From Verrucomicrobiota bacterium (lineage in GTDB: Bacteria; Verrucomicrobiota; Verrucomicrobiia; Limisphaerales; CANJSG01), in the NCBI GenBank assembly GCA_038209745.1, contig JBBQXJ010000013.1, forward strand, positions 1-64,000: a stretch of DNA of 64,000 nt, written 5' to 3'. The notes under the pieces are model-generated. The model searched no databases. It was not told where the DNA came from and saw only the letters and a program-made list of their open reading frames with translations. The translations under genes were made by a program, and so were the position numbers. Shown piece after piece: positions 59,183 through 64,000 of the stretch. Within the stretch, counting starts at the first letter, position 1, and each line of letters opens with the position of its first letter.

Positions 59183-62100
59183 ATGAGCGGGCCCGCCACC
59201 ATCGACCACCAAGCGGCGCAACGATTTCTACAGTCGTTCCCCCGACCCATCCGGGAGCGGGGCGACGCGTATTTCCGCAACGGCGCCGTAAAGTCGCTGC
59301 GGTGCGTGGATCCCGCAGGGCAATGGGTCGCGTCGGTCCAGGGAACGGAACTCTACAACGTGGCGCTGGGTTACCATCCGGAGCTTCGCGAGTGGCAGGC
59401 GGAATGCAGTTGCCCGGTGGGCGACCTCTGCAAACATGCCTACGCCTCGATGTTCACGCTATTGATGCAACATTCGGACGACGACCCGGCCCCCATCGCG
59501 AGTGAGGGGGGGGACACCCAGACTCCCTCGCTGGCGGCGGCGCTGCAGTCGGCCGTCGGACGCTGGCTGAACGTGGACGAGCACAACTTCACCACCGCCG
59601 TGGCGGACGTGTTCCGACGATCGGCCAGCAGCGGGAAACTCCGTCCGGACCAATGGTGGCGCTTGAACTGGCGGCCGCCCAATCCAGACGATGCCGTTCA
59701 AGTGGCTCCGCGCGGCACCAAGAGCGAGCTCGAATTCTGGCACTTTCTCGCGGCCTACGCCGAAGCGATCGGACTGCCCGTGCCGGAGTTCATGGGGCCA
59801 TTGCCCGTGCCGCCCGAGGTGCATGAACGGGTGCGGGCGATCCGTCGCCGCGAGGAGGTCTCCCGCTGGAAACAGGTGCTCGCCGGGATCGCGGAGGAGG
59901 ATCCGAGTCCAGTCGCCCTGGAGCCGTTGGAGCTGCGCGTCCGGCTGGGCGAAGACCGGGGGATCATCGAAACGCGCTCCGGAGAAGGCGCATGGCGCGA
60001 GCTCAGGTCCGGACGGTTCCAATACTTCCAGGGTTCCGAAACCGGTCGTTTGGACAACGAGGCCCGGCTCCTGTGGAACTCGCTGGAGACGTTGCACGAA
60101 AGCTTCGTGTATGCCGACCCGAACGCCACGACCGTGTTCTCCCATTTTCTCAAACTCCCCGGCTTCCGCCGGCTCTTTGTCGCGGGGGACGGGACGCCCT
60201 TGGTTTTCCACGAAGCGCCCCTGCGCTGGGACGTGCAACCGCCGGAGGCCGACGATGGCGACTACCTCGTCGCCTTGCGCCAGGCGGACGGGAGCCCGGC
60301 TCCGGCGACCCGCTTCATCGTCCCCGGAGAAACGCCGCTCCATGTCACGGATTTCGGAATTTTTCCCGGTCCGCCTCCGGTTGACTTTGGAACCAATGGG
60401 GCCGAAGCACGCATTCCAGCGGAGGCCTTCGAGACAGGCCGGGGCATGACCCTGTTGAAGCGGATGCGAACCGAGGCTCCGGCCCGGTTGGCCGCCAAGG
60501 TCCGCACGGTGACGCTGCGACCGCTCCTCCGCGCCGAGCTCAAGCAGGACTCCTTTGGTCGCGGTTCCGAATATTGCCACGTCACCGTCCAGGCCGCCGC
60601 TCCCGACGGCAGCCATGCGATGTGCCTGATCGATCGGGAATGGGAGGAAGCGGAGACCAACGGATCCCGCCGGAGCGACCTGGTGCATGTGGACCGGTCG
60701 GCGCTGGCGCCATTCCCCGGCGTCCTTGAAGCGGCCGGATTCCGGTCGCTCGGCTTCGACGGGGTCAACCAGCTCCGTGTGACGAAGAAGTTTCCCGAGC
60801 ACTTCGTGGAGTTCCTCAAGAACCTGCCGCCGGACGTGGCGGTGGAGCTGTCCGGCGAACTTGCGACCTTCCAGAACGCCAAGGTTTCCGGCCAGATCCG
60901 GCTCGACGCCACCGAGGCCGGCATCGACTGGTTCGATCTTCAGGTCGTCGTGGATGTGAACGACACCACGCTGACCAAGGCGGAGATCAAGCTCCTGCTC
61001 AACGCCAAGGGCGGCTGGGTGCGGCTGGACAAGAAAGGCTGGCGCCGCCTCGAATACAAACTCTCGCAGGAAGAGGACGCGGATCTCGCGCGCCTCGGGC
61101 TCACCCCGCACGAGCTGGCCGGCGAACCGCAGCGCCTCCACGCGCTCCAGCTCGCGGACAAAGCGGCGCGGCACTTCCTGCCGGCGGACACCTGCGATCG
61201 AATCGAACGCCGCGCGGCCGAACTCAAGGCCCGCGTCGTTCCGCCCCAACCGTCCACCGTCAGCGCCACCCTCCGCCCCTATCAGCTAGAGGGCTTCCAC
61301 TTCCTTGCCTACCTCGCAGCCAACCATTTCGGCGGCATTCTCGCGGACGACATGGGCCTGGGCAAAACCGTCCAGACCCTCACTTGGCTCATCTGGCTGC
61401 GGGAAGAAGGCGCCGCCGCCGCCGCACGCTCGCTGCCGTCGCTCGTCGTCTGTCCAAAGAGCGTGCAGGACAACTGGCGCGCCGAGGTCCAACGCTTCTG
61501 CCCCGGACTCGTCGTCCGGGTCTGGTCCGGCGACGGCGTGAAGAACCTGCCCGCCCTTCTGGATTCCGCCGCGCTGCACGTCGTGAACTACGCCCAGCTC
61601 CGCAGCATCGGCGACGCGTTGGCCCGGACCGACCTGTTGGCCGTCATCCTCGACGAAGGCCAGAACATCAAGAACCCCACGTCGCAGACCGCGATGATCG
61701 CACGCCGCCTGCGCGCGGGACATCGCCTCATCCTCAGCGGCACCCCGATCGAGAACCGCCTGCTCGATCTTTGGAGCCTGATGGCCTTCGCCATGCCCGG
61801 CGCGCTCGGCAGCCGCACGGAATTCGCCCGGCTCTACGACGCCAAATCCGATCCTTTCGCCCGCCAGCGGCTGGCCGCCCGCGTCCGCCCCTTCCTGCTC
61901 CGTCGCACCAAGGCCCAGGTGGCCGCCGACCTGCCCGACCGGGTGGAGGAGGATCTCAGCTGCGCGATGGAGGGGGAGCAGAAGACGCTCTACCGCGCCG
62001 AACTGAAGCGCGCCCAACAGATGCTGCTCAAGCTCCAGACCCAGGAAGCACTCAACCAGGAACGTTTCAACGTCCTCACCTCCCTCCTCCGCCTGCGCCA

Positions 62101-62653
62101 GATCTGCTGCCATCCGAAGCTCGTGAAGCCCGACGCCAAGTCCACCGGCGCCAAACTCGAAGCCCTGCTGGAAACGCTGGAGCCGTTGATCGAAGAGGGC
62201 GAGAAGGTGCTCGTCTTCTCCCAGTTCGTGGAGGCGCTGGAACTGTTGCGGGAAGCCGTCGCGGCGCGCGACTGGAAGACCTGGTTCCTCATCGGCAGCA
62301 CCGAAAACCGGGGCGCGCTGGTCGAAGACTTCCAGAACCACGAAGGCCCCGGCGTGTTCTTCATCTCGCTGAAGGCCGGCGGAGCGGGCCTGAACCTCAC
62401 GGCGGCCAGCTACGTCGTGCTCTTCGATCCGTGGTGGAATCCTGCGGTCGAAAACCAGGCCATCGACCGCACCCACCGCATCGGCCAGGCGCGGAAGGTC
62501 ATCGCCTACCGGCTCCTGATCAAGGACAGCATCGAGGAGAAGATCCGCGCCCTCCAGAAGCAGAAAGGCGCCCTCGCCCAGGACATTCTCGGCGAGGAGA
62601 AGTTCGCCCAGGCCCTGACGCTCGACGACCTGCGGCACCTGCTCGCGGGGTGA
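59183..62653 (+). CDS. SWIM zinc finger + SNF2 family helicase-like ATPase
   Basis: CSCPVGDLCKH; LRPYQ, LADDMGLGKT, DEGQNIKN, SGTPIEN, SLKAGGAGLNL, DPWWNPAVENQAIDRTHRIGQ. Confidence 0.95.
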   Translation: MSGPATIDHQAAQRFLQSFPRPIRERGDAYFRNGAVKSLRCVDPAGQWVASVQGTELYNVALGYHPELREWQAECSCPVGDLCKHAYASMFTLLMQHSDDDPAPIASEGGDTQTPSLAAALQSAVGRWLNVDEHNFTTAVADVFRRSASSGKLRPDQWWRLNWRPPNPDDAVQVAPRGTKSELEFWHFLAAYAEAIGLPVPEFMGPLPVPPEVHERVRAIRRREEVSRWKQVLAGIAEEDPSPVALEPLELRVRLGEDRGIIETRSGEGAWRELRSGRFQYFQGSETGRLDNEARLLWNSLETLHESFVYADPNATTVFSHFLKLPGFRRLFVAGDGTPLVFHEAPLRWDVQPPEADDGDYLVALRQADGSPAPATRFIVPGETPLHVTDFGIFPGPPPVDFGTNGAEARIPAEAFETGRGMTLLKRMRTEAPARLAAKVRTVTLRPLLRAELKQDSFGRGSEYCHVTVQAAAPDGSHAMCLIDREWEEAETNGSRRSDLVHVDRSALAPFPGVLEAAGFRSLGFDGVNQLRVTKKFPEHFVEFLKNLPPDVAVELSGELATFQNAKVSGQIRLDATEAGIDWFDLQVVVDVNDTTLTKAEIKLLLNAKGGWVRLDKKGWRRLEYKLSQEEDADLARLGLTPHELAGEPQRLHALQLADKAARHFLPADTCDRIERRAAELKARVVPPQPSTVSATLRPYQLEGFHFLAYLAANHFGGILADDMGLGKTVQTLTWLIWLREEGAAAAARSLPSLVVCPKSVQDNWRAEVQRFCPGLVVRVWSGDGVKNLPALLDSAALHVVNYAQLRSIGDALARTDLLAVILDEGQNIKNPTSQTAMIARRLRAGHRLILSGTPIENRLLDLWSLMAFAMPGALGSRTEFARLYDAKSDPFARQRLAARVRPFLLRRTKAQVAADLPDRVEEDLSCAMEGEQKTLYRAELKRAQQMLLKLQTQEALNQERFNVLTSLLRLRQICCHPKLVKPDAKSTGAKLEALLETLEPLIEEGEKVLVFSQFVEALELLREAVAARDWKTWFLIGSTENRGALVEDFQNHEGPGVFFISLKAGGAGLNLTAASYVVLFDPWWNPAVENQAIDRTHRIGQARKVIAYRLLIKDSIEEKIRALQKQKGALAQDILGEEKFAQALTLDDLRHLLAG

Positions 62654-62710
62654 CAACACCAGAGGCCCCGGTCACCTTCACCGACAGTCTCCCCGAACCG
62701 CAGTTCCGCC

Positions 62711-63478
62711 ATGTTCAAGCTCACCGACAAGATCGCCTTCGTCACCGGCGCCGCCTCCGGCATCGGAGCGTCGATCGCCCAGACCTTCGCCGAGGCCGGA
62801 GCCTTTGTCTGGGTCGTGGACCGCGACGACACCGGCGGCAACGCCACCACCGAAGCGATCCGAGCCGCGGGCGGGAAGGCCGAGTTCCTCCACCTCGACA
62901 TTTCCCGGGAAGAGGATTGCGCGAGCGTGGCCGCTGTCGTCCACGAGCGCAGCGGGAGCCTCGACATCCTTGTGAACAACGCCGGAATCGGCGCCGTGGG
63001 CACGGCCGCCCAAGCCACGGGCGGCGATCTCGACGCGCTCTACGCGGTGAACGTGCGGGGAACTTTCAACGTCACCAAGGCGTTCCTGGGCGGGATGCTC
63101 GAGCGCCGCAGCGGCAACATCATCAATCTCGCCTCCATCGGGGGTGTCGTCGCGGTGCGGGATCGCTTCGCCTATTGCACGACCAAGTTTGCGGTCGTCG
63201 GCATGACCAAATGTCTCGCGCTCGACCACGCCCGGCAGGGCATCCGCGCCAACGCCATCTGTCCCGGCCGCGTCGAGACGCCGTTCGTTTCCGCCCGCAT
63301 CGCCGAGTATCCCGATCCGAAGAAAGCCTACGAGGAGATGGCCTCCACCCAGGCGCTCGGCCGGATGGCCAGGCCCGAGGAGATCGCCGCCGCCGCGCTC
63401 TATCTCGCGAGCGACGAATCCGCCTTCGTCACGGGCACGGAGTTCCTGATCGAAGGCGGCTGGACGGCGGGCAAATGA
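62711..63478 (+). CDS. SDR family oxidoreductase
   Basis: TGAASGIG, NNAG, YCTTK, NAICPG. Confidence 0.95.
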   Translation: MFKLTDKIAFVTGAASGIGASIAQTFAEAGAFVWVVDRDDTGGNATTEAIRAAGGKAEFLHLDISREEDCASVAAVVHERSGSLDILVNNAGIGAVGTAAQATGGDLDALYAVNVRGTFNVTKAFLGGMLERRSGNIINLASIGGVVAVRDRFAYCTTKFAVVGMTKCLALDHARQGIRANAICPGRVETPFVSARIAEYPDPKKAYEEMASTQALGRMARPEEIAAAALYLASDESAFVTGTEFLIEGGWTAGK

Positions 63479-63495
63479 CGGCCATCCGCTAGGAA

Positions 63496-64000
63496 CTACT
63501 TCAGGTTCTTTGGGTTCAAGCCCAGGAGTTCCTTCGGCAGAAAGGCGCCGTTCTTCCGGATGAGTTCGCCGTCGAACCACACCTCGCCGCCGCCCCAGTC
63601 TTCGCGCTGGATGAGCACCATGTCCCAATGGACGGCCGACTTGTTGCCATTGCCCACGTCTTCGTAGGCCTGTCCCGGGGTGTAATGGAGCGAGCCGGCG
63701 ATCTTCTCGTCGAAGAGGATGTCGCACATGGGATTCTCGATCCACGGATTGAAGCCGAGGGAGAATTCTCCGATCGAGCGCGCGCCTTTGTCGGTGTCGA
63801 GGATCTCGTTCAACCTCTTCCCGTTGCCGCCCCCACAGGTCGCCTTGACGATGCGTCCGTCCACCAGCTCCAGCTTGATCCCCTCGAACTTGGTGCCGGC
63901 ATAGAGCGTCGGCGTGTTGAAGGTGATGATGCCGTTGGAGGACTTGAGCGTGGGGCAGGAGAAGCATTCGCCGTCGGGCACGTTGCGGGTGCCTTCGCAC
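63496..64000 (-). CDS. aminopeptidase, peptidase M29 family, 3' part; start outside the window
   Basis: [35 protein letters not shown]. Confidence 0.92.
   Translation of the reverse strand, partial: CEGTRNVPDGECFSCPTLKSSNGIITFNTPTLYAGTKFEGIKLELVDGRIVKATCGGGNGKRLNEILDTDKGARSIGEFSLGFNPWIENPMCDILFDEKIAGSLHYTPGQAYEDVGNGNKSAVHWDMVLIQREDWGGGEVWFDGELIRKNGAFLPKELLGLNPKNLK

Noticed and set aside
40377..62653. Two SNF2-family ATPases as an anti-phage system (DISARM/Zorya-like)
   Set aside because: One is canonical RapA and the other a common SWIM-SNF2. No methylase, nuclease or other defence partners lie nearby.

Overview
High-GC bacterial chromosome segment. Gene content suggests the PVC superphylum, most likely Verrucomicrobia (inference): PSD1/DUF1549-DUF1553 cytochrome protein, duplicated ABC-2 permease, LamG/PQQ/cytochrome secreted protein and heptamer/REP repeats. 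About 40 genes are present, mostly housekeeping (mpg partial, mfd, comM, dapB, recN, gap, murQ fusion, rapA, polX, chdC, uxaC, SWIM-SNF2, M29 aminopeptidase partial), plus sugar-utilisation and small accessory genes. I saw no rRNA, tRNA, CRISPR array, integrase or transposase. Notable structure: (1) several families of palindromic and heptameric mini-elements lie between genes and also in frame inside Mfd (six tracts), RapA and DapB; (2) two clear cases of 'gene 3' end - foreign cargo - displaced diverged copy of the same 3' end' (polX, phytanoyl-CoA dioxygenase) and a tandem tail duplication at dapB, all without an integrase; (3) a full-length GH13 gene broken only by three in-frame stops, each where Tyr is expected; (4) two matching sigma-28-like promoters ahead of a tiny protein and a hybrid kinase whose phospho-His is Arg; (5) an AsmA-like protein lengthened by a 230-aa tandem duplication.
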